The notes beneath the pieces are model-generated. The model ran no database searches. It worked only from the letters and a program-made list of their open reading frames with translations, and was not told the DNA's origin. Below, piece by piece: positions 46,444-56,777 of a stretch of DNA of 64,000 bases. The stretch lies in NCBI GenBank assembly GCA_019058315.1, contig JAHPZH010000006.1, positions 96,001 through 160,000 of the forward strand, written 5' to 3'. The first letter of the stretch is position 1, and the number at the start of each line of letters is the position of its first letter. This DNA comes from Candidatus Helarchaeota archaeon. Its GTDB lineage: Archaea > Asgardarchaeota > Lokiarchaeia > Helarchaeales > RDOG01. The position numbers and the translations under genes were made by a program.

Positions 46444-47567
46444 TTAAAAAGTTGGAATCATGTATCAAGGGAATTGAAATTTCTCTTTCCGAAGAAGATA
46501 TTATCGTAAGATCCTCTGATCCACTAAATATATTAAGTTCTGCAGTTTTAAATGGCGGTCTCGCAAAATCAAAATATATAATCAATCATTATGTTCCAAA
46601 GGATTATGATCACCAGATGCCAGAAGAATTATTATTACAAACAGCCAAAAAAAATGGACTAGATGAGACATGCATTGGTTTAATGACTGCTGTTAAAATG
46701 GAAAATGTTATTGTAGAAAATTTTGATTCAGAGGATTTTAAAATATGCGTTATTGTTACTGCGGGTACCACTAATAGTATTCAGGCAGGACAATATATTA
46801 CAGATGAAAAGAATAAACATGGGACAATTAATATTATACTAATTACAAACGTTCATTTAAATTTACCAGCTATAGTCAACATTTCTCAAGTTATTACGGA
46901 AGCAAAAACATTGGCATTATTAAATCTTGATATAAGAAGTCAATACGGAGGATATGCAACAGGTACAACTACAGATTCGATCATAATTGCATGCCAAGAA
47001 AGGGGTCCTAAAATAAAATATGCAGGCACCGCAACCATGATTGGCTCGAAAATTAGCAATTTAATTGAGATAGCTGTTAAAAAAGCTATAATTAAAAGAG
47101 AAAGTAAAAAACCAGATAGAGATATAATATTTCGGTTAGAAGAAAGAGGAATTGAAATTTCTGATCTAATTGAAACAGCTATGGAATTATATATCCCCCA
47201 TCCTGGAGTAGAAACTAAAGAAAAAGCACGAATAGCACTGGAAAAAAGCCTAAATAAATTCTTAAAAGACCCAAATGTGGCAATTCTATTAATGGCAGCA
47301 TATAGAATGCAAGAAGACGGCGAACGAGGATTAATTCCTATGATATCCAAAGAAAATTTTGCAAAAGATCCGGTTTATATTGTTGCAGATGAAATATTAG
47401 GAATGGCAATTTCAAATTATATTGCTGGAACAAGGGGTATTTTTGAGTTTTATAGATTCGATTCTCAAAAACCAGGAATTTTGAAAAAAAAAGGGGTTTT
47501 TATTGATGATATAATAGGTGGTTTGCTTGCTGGTGTTTCTTCTTTAATGTATTCTGATGGAGTTTAA
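46437..47567 (+). CDS. cbiZ: Fusion of adenosylcobinamide amidohydrolase (CbiZ) and alpha-ribazole phosphatase (CobZ-like)
   Basis: LSSAVLNGG, GLMTAV, VTAG, GTINII, TEAK, ATGTTTD; C-terminal DPNV, DP..IVADE.LG..I..YI.G.RG.FEF.RFD..KPG. Confidence 0.85.
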   Translation: MVVKKLESCIKGIEISLSEEDIIVRSSDPLNILSSAVLNGGLAKSKYIINHYVPKDYDHQMPEELLLQTAKKNGLDETCIGLMTAVKMENVIVENFDSEDFKICVIVTAGTTNSIQAGQYITDEKNKHGTINIILITNVHLNLPAIVNISQVITEAKTLALLNLDIRSQYGGYATGTTTDSIIIACQERGPKIKYAGTATMIGSKISNLIEIAVKKAIIKRESKKPDRDIIFRLEERGIEISDLIETAMELYIPHPGVETKEKARIALEKSLNKFLKDPNVAILLMAAYRMQEDGERGLIPMISKENFAKDPVYIVADEILGMAISNYIAGTRGIFEFYRFDSQKPGILKKKGVFIDDIIGGLLAGVSSLMYSDGV

Positions 47568-47569
47568 AT

Positions 47570-48394
47570 ATGAAGATATTCAAAGGCTTTCGTAATACTC
47601 TTGCTTTTTTATCCAAGATTCCAGTGGGAATGGATATTGAAAGTATGGATGATATAGCAAAACACATGTGGTTATTCCCTATTGTAGGAATCTTGATTGG
47701 TATAATTCCTGGGATTATTGGATTTATTTTACAATTTTTTTTACCAAAATTATTAATTGGTCCTTTAATCTTGGGCCTAATTCTCCTGTTGACTGGTTTA
47801 CATCATACTGATGGTTTATTAGATTTTGGAGATGGGATTATGGCACATGGTACACCTGAGAAAAAATTAGAAATTATGCATGATGTGAATACCGGAACTG
47901 GTGGGATAGTATTAGGATTAGTTATATTATTGATAACAGCAGTTTCTTATTCATATTTAGATATATTTATAATATTTGGTGTAATTATTGCAGAAATATC
48001 TGCAAAATTAGCTATGTTAGAAGTAGCATCATTTTCTAAAACTACTGCAGAAGGTTCTAAAATGGCAGAACCTTTTGTTAAATTGACAAAACCCTATCAT
48101 TTCTTTTTATCCTTGATTATAACTATAATTTTACTTTTCTTATTGAACTACGGTATTAGATTAATGATTTATTTTCTTTGGGGGATTTGGTACTTTTCAT
48201 ATTTTGAGTTTTTAATTCAGTCATTTATAATATTAGTTGGTAGTTGTATTCCTTCATTATTTATATATGGAATTGCAAAAAGGAATTTTAAAGGGATGAG
48301 TGGAGACACTTTTGGAGCAATAAATGAAATCTGTAGGATGTCTACATTAATTCTATTAGTTATTTTGATACAAGTACGCATTTTGGTGTATTAA
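47570..48394 (+). CDS. cobS: Cobalamin synthase
   Basis: FPIVG, TGLHH.DGL.D.GDG, IMHD...G.GG, GMSGD.FGA..E. Confidence 0.93.
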   Translation: MKIFKGFRNTLAFLSKIPVGMDIESMDDIAKHMWLFPIVGILIGIIPGIIGFILQFFLPKLLIGPLILGLILLLTGLHHTDGLLDFGDGIMAHGTPEKKLEIMHDVNTGTGGIVLGLVILLITAVSYSYLDIFIIFGVIIAEISAKLAMLEVASFSKTTAEGSKMAEPFVKLTKPYHFFLSLIITIILLFLLNYGIRLMIYFLWGIWYFSYFEFLIQSFIILVGSCIPSLFIYGIAKRNFKGMSGDTFGAINEICRMSTLILLVILIQVRILVY

Positions 48395-49009
48395 ATGAAA
48401 GTAACTTGTATTATAATGGCCGGAGGAAAGAGTACAAGAATGGAATCTCACAATGAGAAAAACATTATTCCAATTTTAGGAAAACCAATGATTGAATATG
48501 TCATTGAGGCAGCCAATGAATCAAATGTGAAAAAGATCATTATTGCAACTAGCCCTAATGCTCCAAAAACTTCAAATTTAATAAAAAAATTCGATCTAGA
48601 AATATTTGAAACAACTGGCAAAGGATATCACGAGGATTTGAGACAAATTCTTGAGAACTTTGACCTTGGAATAGTATTAATCATTTCAGGAGATTTTCCT
48701 TTAATCTCAAGTAGTGATATCAATCGAATATTAACATTTCATGAAGAATCAAAGAAACCATCCCTATCTGTAATGGCTAGAGTTGAAGATTTCGAAAAAT
48801 TTAATTTAAAACCAACTTACATAATGAATTATCAAGAACAAAATTTAGTTCCTGTTGGAATTAATGTCATTGATGGAAGAAAAAATACTAAAGAATGGCA
48901 AGAAGAAGCCATTATGATAGTAAACGAGCCTCAATTTTTGATAAATGTGAATACAAAAAAGGATTTAGAGATTGTTGAAAAATATTTAATTGAATCTAAA
49001 AAAAAATAG
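48395..49009 (+). CDS. cobY: Adenosylcobinamide-phosphate guanylyltransferase
   Basis: IMAGGKSTRM...EK, GKPMI, SPN.P.T, T.GKGY.EDL, VPVGINV, NVNT..DL. Confidence 0.85.
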   Translation: MKVTCIIMAGGKSTRMESHNEKNIIPILGKPMIEYVIEAANESNVKKIIIATSPNAPKTSNLIKKFDLEIFETTGKGYHEDLRQILENFDLGIVLIISGDFPLISSSDINRILTFHEESKKPSLSVMARVEDFEKFNLKPTYIMNYQEQNLVPVGINVIDGRKNTKEWQEEAIMIVNEPQFLINVNTKKDLEIVEKYLIESKKK

Positions 49010-49022
49010 GAGATGATATTGA

Positions 49023-49331
49023 ATGCCTATTACAATTACTGGCGTAGAGACTAAGAGAAAACCAGCTACTGGAGTTTCAGTTGTTTGGGACGAAGGTCAG
49101 TTTGTTTTCATAGTAGCCCCAAAGGGATTAGTGGCTTGTGGTGCTATTGATGTCGAGGTTTTAGATAAATTTAATTTTGCAGTTACTGTTTCAGAAGGAA
49201 CTGTAGAACAACCCCTAGTTACCCCTGATGACCTTTTAAAAGCAAATGTGATGAAATTAACAAAAAAGGCAGAGGAATTAGGAATTAAAATTGGTATGTC
49301 AGGGAAAGAAGCGCTTGATAAATTAGTTTAA
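49023..49331 (+). CDS. YunC/DUF1805 family protein
   Basis: KG.VACGA.DV, DDLL.A.V...T.KA.ELGI..GM.G.EAL. Confidence 0.8.
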   Translation: MPITITGVETKRKPATGVSVVWDEGQFVFIVAPKGLVACGAIDVEVLDKFNFAVTVSEGTVEQPLVTPDDLLKANVMKLTKKAEELGIKIGMSGKEALDKLV

Positions 49332-49342
49332 ATTAAAATGAG

Positions 49343-50548
49343 TTGATGAAAATTTCAAAATTAAAAATTGGCATAGTAGGATTGGGAAGGATTTTTTCCT
49401 TAAATGTCTTAGGATACGTCAATAATCCTGATTGTGAATTATATGCTTTTTGTGATCGGGATAAAAACGCTTTAAAACAAGCGTCAGAGGAATTTGGAGC
49501 TAAAAAAACTTATACGGATTTCAATGAATTTATTAAGGATGATAATATCGATTTGGTTGATATATTAACTCCGCATAGTCAACATGAGTGGATGTCTGTT
49601 GCAGCGGCAGAAGCTGGTAAGCACATTTCCTTGCAAAAGGTTCCTACTTTGACTTTGAGTTCATTTGATAGAATCGTTAATGCAGTGAATAAAGCAGGAG
49701 TAAAATTTCGAGTTTTCGAAAATTTTCGTTTTCATCCTCCATATCAACGACTTATGAAACTCGTAAAAGATAAAACGATTGGAAAACCCTATGCCGTTAA
49801 TATGAGAATGTGGTCTGGTGTCAAACAATTATCATCTTGGAAGGTCTCAATATTGAAAACTTGGCGATGGCGATATACTGAACGAGAAAATTATTTAATG
49901 CCAACACTTTTCGATGATGGATATCATAAACACTCTGTTATTCAATGGTTTCTTAAGGATATCAAGAGTGTGCAAGCTTGGAAAGGAAATTTTAAAATTT
50001 ATGGAATTCTACCAGTGGATAGTCCATCCGTGGTCATTTATAAGGGGAAAAAAGGAGAAAGATTTGGAACTTGGAATGTTAGCATGTCTCCATTCATCCC
50101 AGTTCAATCTGATTATTATGGATGTGATGAAGCATTAGAGGTCCATGGGAAAAATGGTCTTGCATGGGTGCAAGGTTGCACGGGTAATATGTTCGTTGGG
50201 TGTGATGAAGGTGGACCCGGAAAACCTGGGGTATATTGGATTAATAAAAAGGGAGAATGGAATTCAGATACATCTATGGAATCCAATTGGAAGCACAGTT
50301 TTATTCTTTGTTCGAAGCATTTCATAGATGCCATAAAAAATGACACTGAAGTCATTTTAGATGCGAAAACTGCAAGATATATCCTTCAGATTTCTCTGGC
50401 AATGATTAAATCGTTACGATCTGGCTTTATTGATGTTCCAGTTGCCTCAATCAAAGATGGAATTGGGGATGATCTAATTCAAGAAGAATTTGACGATTCT
50501 GCCATCTTTGATAATATTCCTGAAGGTGTAGACATCGACGATTTATAA
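49343..50548 (+). CDS. Gfo/Idh/MocA family oxidoreductase
   Basis: KIGIVGLG, DLVDILTPH..H, AGKH...QK. Confidence 0.88.
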   Translation: MMKISKLKIGIVGLGRIFSLNVLGYVNNPDCELYAFCDRDKNALKQASEEFGAKKTYTDFNEFIKDDNIDLVDILTPHSQHEWMSVAAAEAGKHISLQKVPTLTLSSFDRIVNAVNKAGVKFRVFENFRFHPPYQRLMKLVKDKTIGKPYAVNMRMWSGVKQLSSWKVSILKTWRWRYTERENYLMPTLFDDGYHKHSVIQWFLKDIKSVQAWKGNFKIYGILPVDSPSVVIYKGKKGERFGTWNVSMSPFIPVQSDYYGCDEALEVHGKNGLAWVQGCTGNMFVGCDEGGPGKPGVYWINKKGEWNSDTSMESNWKHSFILCSKHFIDAIKNDTEVILDAKTARYILQISLAMIKSLRSGFIDVPVASIKDGIGDDLIQEEFDDSAIFDNIPEGVDIDDL

Positions 50549-50590
50549 TATATTAGCACCAATTAAAAAATTAAAAAATAAAAAGAGAGT

Positions 50591-51085
50591 TTAACCTAAA
50601 ATATATCCAATATTTTTAACAAGATCTCTTCTTTGTTTTCTTTGTTCGTCGTTTTCTATTGAATTTACGGCTTGACCATCAACCACTCCAAGTATAGATT
50701 TTCCTAAATTTGTCTTTCCTACAATTATTTGAGTTGGGTTAGCAGTAGCAACATAAATATTGCAGACTCCGGGTACATTCTTTATTGCAGTTAATACATT
50801 AATAGGATAGGCATTTTGCATAATGATAACAAATATATGACTGGCACCTATGTTTAAAGCATTTTTTGCCGCTAGCTTGCCAATATTTTCATCAGTTCCA
50901 TTATAACGAACTAATTTTGGATCTGCCTCATTCATGGCTACTCCACATTTAATTCCAGGAGTTGTTGTTAGTAAAGTTCGAAATATATTATCAACGGTAT
51001 AAATCGAAAAGTTAGCTTGGCCCACAATACACTGCATTTCTTTACCTTTTTCAATATCAACAATAATAGTTTCCATTTTAATCAC
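50591..51085 (-). CDS. Adenosine-specific kinase / DUF355 family
   Basis: GQANF, G.H.FVI...AYPINVL..IK.VP.VC.IY.ATANP, LGVVDG. Confidence 0.85.
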   Translation of the reverse strand: MIKMETIIVDIEKGKEMQCIVGQANFSIYTVDNIFRTLLTTTPGIKCGVAMNEADPKLVRYNGTDENIGKLAAKNALNIGASHIFVIIMQNAYPINVLTAIKNVPGVCNIYVATANPTQIIVGKTNLGKSILGVVDGQAVNSIENDEQRKQRRDLVKNIGYILG

Positions 51086-51443
51086 AATTTTTATTAATTT
51101 AATATACTCCTATTTAAAATTTCTAAAAAAATTACATAAATCGAAAATTTGAGTTTTATTAGAAATGAACTGTGAAAATAAAGTAATATAATATGAAAGT
51201 AAAATTTTCTTATTATCTTTTATTTTTTAAAATTACTGGGACAAAAACTAAAATTACCAGACAATTAGTGTTTTCATTTGTCTTTAGATTTTTAAAAGGA
51301 TTGCAAATTTTCCTTAATTCATTTTTATCCAGTTCGTCTAATATTTTGTCATCCCAAATCATATTTATTACATTGCTGTATGAAACAGAAAAAACTAAGT
51401 AATATATACATATAGTTCTATATGATTTACAGAACTACTTGAA

Positions 51444-52067
51444 TTATTGAGTTGCTTGAATTTGGGATATGAATTCAGAAAGGGGAACCTCAAATTCTTC
51501 TAAAGATTGAATTTCGCCTTTTTCAAAAAGTATTTGTCTTGTTAATAACCAAAAAATTAATGCTAAAGCTTTCTTTCCTCTATTATTTGTGGGAACAATT
51601 AGGTCTAAATTTATTGAGTTGTTATCTGTATCGCATAAACCAACTGTTGGAATTTTTGCTATAACGGTCTCTTTCAAAGCTTGCCTATCTGCTCTTGGAT
51701 CTGTGATAATTACTAGATCAGCTTCAACATATTGGTAGGATGTATGATTAGTTAGAGTTCCCGGAACAAATCTACCAGCAACAAAATGGGAACCTAATAA
51801 TTCTGAAAATTTCCTTATTGGTTGATGACCATATCTACGCGCTGAAACAATTAAAACTTTCATTGGATCATATCTAGAAATGTAACGAGCAGCTACGCGT
51901 AATCTTTCGTCAGTTTTTCTTATATCTATTACATATAGACCGGATCTAGTAATTCTATAAATGAAAGGAATCATATCTTGGGTTTTAATTTGGGTTCCAA
52001 TATGTATTCCAGCAGCTAAATATTGATCACGTGGTACCAATAAATTATCTTCTTTTTTTTCTGCCAT
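51444..52067 (-). CDS. rps2: 30S ribosomal protein uS2
   Basis: YLAAGIHIGT, GRFVPGTLTN, DP..D.QA, IVPTNNRG. Confidence 0.96.
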   Translation of the reverse strand: MAEKKEDNLLVPRDQYLAAGIHIGTQIKTQDMIPFIYRITRSGLYVIDIRKTDERLRVAARYISRYDPMKVLIVSARRYGHQPIRKFSELLGSHFVAGRFVPGTLTNHTSYQYVEADLVIITDPRADRQALKETVIAKIPTVGLCDTDNNSINLDLIVPTNNRGKKALALIFWLLTRQILFEKGEIQSLEEFEVPLSEFISQIQATQ

Positions 52068-52179
52068 GACAAGCTTCACGTATATTAAATTATAATTACT
52101 ATTTTATTAAAATATGGGATTTTATTAAATTCTTCGCATAAAAATGCTACTCCATTAAATAGGAAAATGAATTTATTAT

Positions 52180-53436
52180 TTAAAAATCGCCACTATTTTC
52201 CGTATTTTCATTTTTTAATAATTGATTAATTTCTATGACATTTAAATTAGCTGGTTTTTTTGTTAAATCAGCTATTCTTACCCCAATTAAATAATTTACT
52301 CCTTTATCAATTGATATATCAACTAATCGTTGTGTAATAAGACCATCAAAGACAATAGCTTTTATTTTTTCACTGTAAGTGGGTAATTTATCCGCTATTT
52401 CAGAAACACTGACTTCATCAATGGGTTTGAATTCTTCATCGAATAATTTTGCACGTAATGTTTGTTGTATCGCCTTAGATTCATTTTTTAAAATTTCAGG
52501 TAAATCTGGAATTATAACCTGTTTTTGTTTCTCTTTTTCTCCTTTTTTATGATGTTTTGACCTTTTTACCTTTTTTCCTTTTTCTTTTTGTTTTTCTAAT
52601 TGGTGATCAAAGGCTTCCACGGGAATTTTATTTCTAAGAGCTTTAATTATTTCTTTCCTAGTTAATTCTTCAACTTCTTTTCCCATTGGGGCTCGAGCAA
52701 TAAAATCAATATCACCTCGTTGTTTAAGCTCTTTTACAATCAATTCTCCACCCCTATCACCATCAACAAACGCAATAATTGTCTTTTTTTGAGTTAAATC
52801 CACAATAGTTTGCGGGATGTTTGTACCTTCTACAGCAATTATATTTTTATATCCATATTTTAATAGATTTAAAACATCTGCACGTCCTTCTACCACAATT
52901 AAAGTTTCAGCTTGATCTATTTCTGGACCAGCTGGTAGATCTTCAGAACCATATTTTTGAATTTCTTCTATTCTAACAGACTTTATAACTTCATCTGAAA
53001 TTTCCTGACTTTCAGGAACTACTTTTTCTTCCCAAGTTTTTAATAATTCTGCTGCTCTAGCAATAACCATCTCTCTTTTCGACTTTCTTATATCTTCAAG
53101 CTTGTTAATACTTATCGTAGCTGAACAAGGACCAACTCTATCGACTGCTTCTAAACCTGCAGCTAGAATAGAAGTCTCTACTTTATTTAAACTGGATGGA
53201 ATAATAATTGTTCCAGTTGACTTGCCTCCTTCTGATGTAACTTCGACTTGAATTCTACCAATCCTACCAGTTTTTTGGAGTTCTCTTAAATCTAAATCAT
53301 CACCCAATAAACCTTCAGTTTGTCCAAAAATTGCACCTACTATATCGGGTTTCTCTACAATTCCTTCAATTTCCACATCTGCTTTAATGATATATTTTGT
53401 AGTACTTATTTCATCACGAGTTTGAATTTTAACCAC
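52180..53436 (-). CDS. dnaG: Archaeal DnaG (Toprim, exosome-associated)
   Basis: VEKPDIVGAIFGQTEGLLG, VEGRADV, DGDRGG, GKEVEEL. Confidence 0.95.
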   Translation of the reverse strand: MVKIQTRDEISTTKYIIKADVEIEGIVEKPDIVGAIFGQTEGLLGDDLDLRELQKTGRIGRIQVEVTSEGGKSTGTIIIPSSLNKVETSILAAGLEAVDRVGPCSATISINKLEDIRKSKREMVIARAAELLKTWEEKVVPESQEISDEVIKSVRIEEIQKYGSEDLPAGPEIDQAETLIVVEGRADVLNLLKYGYKNIIAVEGTNIPQTIVDLTQKKTIIAFVDGDRGGELIVKELKQRGDIDFIARAPMGKEVEELTRKEIIKALRNKIPVEAFDHQLEKQKEKGKKVKRSKHHKKGEKEKQKQVIIPDLPEILKNESKAIQQTLRAKLFDEEFKPIDEVSVSEIADKLPTYSEKIKAIVFDGLITQRLVDISIDKGVNYLIGVRIADLTKKPANLNVIEINQLLKNENTENSGDF

Positions 53437-53778
53437 CTACTATGTTATTTAATTTGTAAATTAATTTTAAACGTAAAGTTAATACGCTAAATAAAATAAT
53501 CAAAAATAGAAATGTTCCTATAAATTATACTAATTAAAGTAAAACTCACTTTAATTAGTTCCCTCAAACATAAACTTCTTTTTTTTTGGATTTTATTTGA
53601 TAAATTCCTTACTTGATTATGAATTTTAATTATATTTTCAAGCTTTATTTTCAAGTTTAAGTGAAGAGTGATAATAATTAAGGTGACAAATCTATTATTG
53701 AATTATTTTGAATATTAAATGATTATTATTCAAATATTAAATTAACAACTTATGCTTTTATATATTACTTATTTTTAC

Positions 53779-55179
53779 CTAAAAAATTGCAGAATAACCC
53801 CGTCTTCAGACGGGGGACGAATGCAATAACAATATAGTATTTTTTTTCAATTATCAAGAAGTCTCTAGAGGTTTAAATAGAATACTTAAAATAGCATAGC
53901 TGATGAAGTTATATAGGGCAGTTAAGGTTAGGTTGTATCCCAATAGAGAAGAGAGAGCATTGTTAGATCAAAACTTTGGATGCTGTCGGTTCATCTATAA
54001 TAAGATGTTAGAGGAGAGGATTAAAGTGTATAAGGAGTTAAAGGATGACAAAGAGGCTCTTTATGGCTATAAGTATAAAACAGAGAGGGAGTATAAAGGG
54101 CAGTTTCCGTTTTTAAAGGAGGTTGATGCAAAGGCACTACAATCAGAGTGGAGACATCTAAAATCTGCTTATAATGGGTTTTTTAGGAATATTAAGAAGG
54201 GGATAAGGAAAGGATTTCCGAGATTTAAGTCTAAGAGGTCTAAGCAGTCCTACACCACGTTTAATATTAATAACAACTGTAAGCTAGATTTTAGAAACAT
54301 GAGATTAAAACTGCCCAAGATAAAGACATGGATACGATATCGCGATAATCGTATGTTTCATGAGTAAATACATCACATAACGGTCTCGAAAAATAGGTCT
54401 GGAAATTATTTCGCCTCCATTTTGATAGAGACCGAACATACCATTCTCCCAAAACAGGTTATAAGAGAGAAGAATATTATCGGCTTTGACATGAGTGCTT
54501 CTAATTTTCTGATAGCCAAAGAGGTAGAACTCTCAAGTCCCCGATGGTATAGAACTGAAGAGGGTAAGTTGAAAAAACTACACCGAGCGTTGAGTAGAAA
54601 GAAAAAGGGAAGTAGTAATCGTAACAAAGTAAGGGTGAAACTAGCCCGCCTATATGAGAAGATAGGAAACCGTAAACTGGATTGGGTACATAAGCTAACG
54701 TTTTGTATGAGTCAGCATTTTGAGGGAATAATATTAGAAAACTTGAACATTAAAGGAATACAACAGTTCAATTCGGGTGTATCTAAATCGGTCACACTTG
54801 ATTTTTCTTGGAATCAATTCATACACATTCTAAAATATAAGATGGAAGATAGAGGAGGGCATCTTGTATTAGTAGATCGTTATTTTCCAAGTTCCAAACT
54901 TTGTTCTAAATGCGGTTTCAAAAGCAAAGATGTAAAACTGACCGATAGAGTTTGGACATGTCCTAAGTGTTCTGCTCACCACGATAGAGATATTAATGCC
55001 TCTATCAACATTAAAAAAGAAGGATTAAACTGCCTCAAAAATAATCATATCAAAATCATTAATGATGATGATGCCGCAGGAACTGCGGTCGATGCGTTTG
55101 GAGAGGACATTAGACTGATGCTGTATCAGCAGTCTTCGGTGAATTACGAATCCCCTCCCTTTAGGGCGGGGTAGTTCAA
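53779..55179 (+). mobile_element. IS200/IS605-family element (IS1341-like, tnpB only)
   Basis: Left hairpin CCCCGTCT-TC-AGACGGGG (53798-53815), 19 nt after TTAC; right end GAAT-CCCCTCCCT-TT-AGGGCGGGG-TAGT-TCAA; left boundary inferred. Confidence 0.85.
53903..55174 (+). pseudogene. tnpB: TnpB with an in-frame TAA at 54365-54367
   Basis: The two ORFs share a frame and the gap reads IHHITVSKNRSGNYFASIL; RLYPN, GCCRFIYN, FPRFKSK, IIGFD, ILENL, PSSKLCSKCG, CPKC..HDRDINAS. Confidence 0.9.
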
Positions 55180-55218
55180 TAAAAGAGTTTTGAATAAAAA
55201 AAGGGATTTTCTTTTTTA

Positions 55219-55761
55219 TTACTTTTTAGATGGCTCAAGAAATCGAGTTGAAATTTTAATTTCCTTTTCCAAGTCTCTCAACGGAAGCCAATTAACAACC
55301 TTAAAAACTTCAGTAAATATAGATGAAGCTCGTCGAGGCTCATTTATTACACCATCTATTGGTTTTATCTTATTTCTAATAAAATTATTTAATTCGTTTG
55401 GTGTTTTACATGTAATTTGAACCAAAATATCAAAATTGCCATATGCAGAACCTACGACTTGTATTTCTTCATATTCTGCTAATTTATTTGCTACTTCACG
55501 TAATTTTTCAGGTCTTGTGTTAATGCCTACCCAAGCAACTATATTTAATCCCAGTTTTTCAGGATCCAACAAAGCAGAAAAAGCTTTGATAATTTTATTC
55601 TTTATAAGCCGTTTAACTCTATTATGGACAGTACTAGGGGCAATTTTTAATCGTTTTCCAATCTCATGATAAGGAATTTTGCAGTTACTTTGTAAAAAAA
55701 ATAATATTTTTCTATCAATATCGTCTAATTTAACAGCTTTTTCTGACAACTTCTTTCCCAT
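55219..55761 (-). CDS. Lrp/AsnC family transcriptional regulator
   Basis: LDDIDRKIL..LQ, STVHNRVKRL...II, G.FDI. Confidence 0.92.
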   Translation of the reverse strand: MGKKLSEKAVKLDDIDRKILFFLQSNCKIPYHEIGKRLKIAPSTVHNRVKRLIKNKIIKAFSALLDPEKLGLNIVAWVGINTRPEKLREVANKLAEYEEIQVVGSAYGNFDILVQITCKTPNELNNFIRNKIKPIDGVINEPRRASSIFTEVFKVVNWLPLRDLEKEIKISTRFLEPSKK

Positions 55762-55765
55762 TTAG

Positions 55766-55797
55766 AATTGAATATTATTCAATTGAATATTACTCAA
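55766..55797. promoter_or_regulatory. Tandem palindromic motif just upstream of the Lrp gene (candidate operator)
   Basis: AATTGAATA-T-TATTCAATT perfect inverted repeat overlapping a second copy TTGAATA-T-TACTCAA at 15-bp period. Confidence 0.35.
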
Positions 55798-55944
55798 ATT
55801 TTATAAATTTAAATTTAATTTGTATTAAGAGGAAACTATGGAAAAATAGAAGAAAATAGGAATTTATACTAATTGAGTCTGAAAAAATGGAAGAAACTTT
55901 AATAAATTTGTGATTATTGAAATTAATTTTTTATTAAAAATTTA

Positions 55945-56613
55945 TCATTTAAGAACTTGAATTAATTGTGCGTATAAATTCTGGATATTCTGATTGATTG
56001 TGCCTTGAATCATTTGGATATTTTGATCAACTTTGAATTTGAAATTCTCTCCTGTGGATGTCTCGATTTGGACAATGCCAGCACTTGTTCTTGAAATAAA
56101 TGCATCTGGAAATTCGTGAAGAATACTTATTAAAAATATTCCTGCTAATGCTTCATCTTTAATGTTTAATGTCGTGGTTGTTGATACTTGTCCTTGAGGT
56201 TGTGCTTGAGCTTGTCCAGCTTCTTGAAATTCAACTATATGTGTAGATGTGCTGTGTGGTATAACATTTATAGAATCCATCATTGCAAGGAAATTTTGAT
56301 GATTCTGCATCATTTCAGCATCTGTTCCGGCATCTATTGTGCGTTCATCCATTATGATTATATTACCTATATTTTGACCTAAAACTTCTCCATCAACCTT
56401 ATATCCTTTTGTCGTAAATTTTTCAGTTACCTTGTCTGGTTGTTTTCTAGTCTTCATGGTAACGGAGTTACCCATCCATACCCACATAGTCTGATGATAT
56501 TCAGATATCAAAACTACTGCTCTTCTATGGTCTTTTATATATTTTTGTTCAAATCGTAAATCTCTGATCATCCCCATTCCTCCAAACTCACACATTACCA
56601 TTAAATTACTCAT
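55945..56613 (-). CDS. Gelsolin-like domain protein, paralog of 22120..23064
   Basis: AVVLISEYHQTMWVWMGNSV..KTRK, GY.V....LG; C-terminal GIFLISIL.EF...FIS matches the paralog's GSILINAILSKF..LFVG. Confidence 0.6.
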   Translation of the reverse strand: MSNLMVMCEFGGMGMIRDLRFEQKYIKDHRRAVVLISEYHQTMWVWMGNSVTMKTRKQPDKVTEKFTTKGYKVDGEVLGQNIGNIIIMDERTIDAGTDAEMMQNHQNFLAMMDSINVIPHSTSTHIVEFQEAGQAQAQPQGQVSTTTTLNIKDEALAGIFLISILHEFPDAFISRTSAGIVQIETSTGENFKFKVDQNIQMIQGTINQNIQNLYAQLIQVLK

Positions 56614-56777
56614 TTAATATCCTTCCGATAATGAAAATTATCAAATTTATTATTATTATTTTTTTATAATCTAATTTTTAAACCAAATATACTTAAAAAC
56701 ATTTGATTTAAATACTTTTAAAAATAAATCGATAAAATTTTTGTTGTAGAAAACCCAATAAATTGGAGTGAAAAAAA

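Noticed and set aside
51193-51402. 69-aa plus-strand ORF and an overlapping ~49-aa minus-strand frame
   Set aside because: Low-complexity AT-rich translations with no family resemblance.
54365-54367. Selenocysteine or pyrrolysine recoding in tnpB
   Set aside because: The codon is TAA, not TGA or TAG; a nonsense mutation is simpler.
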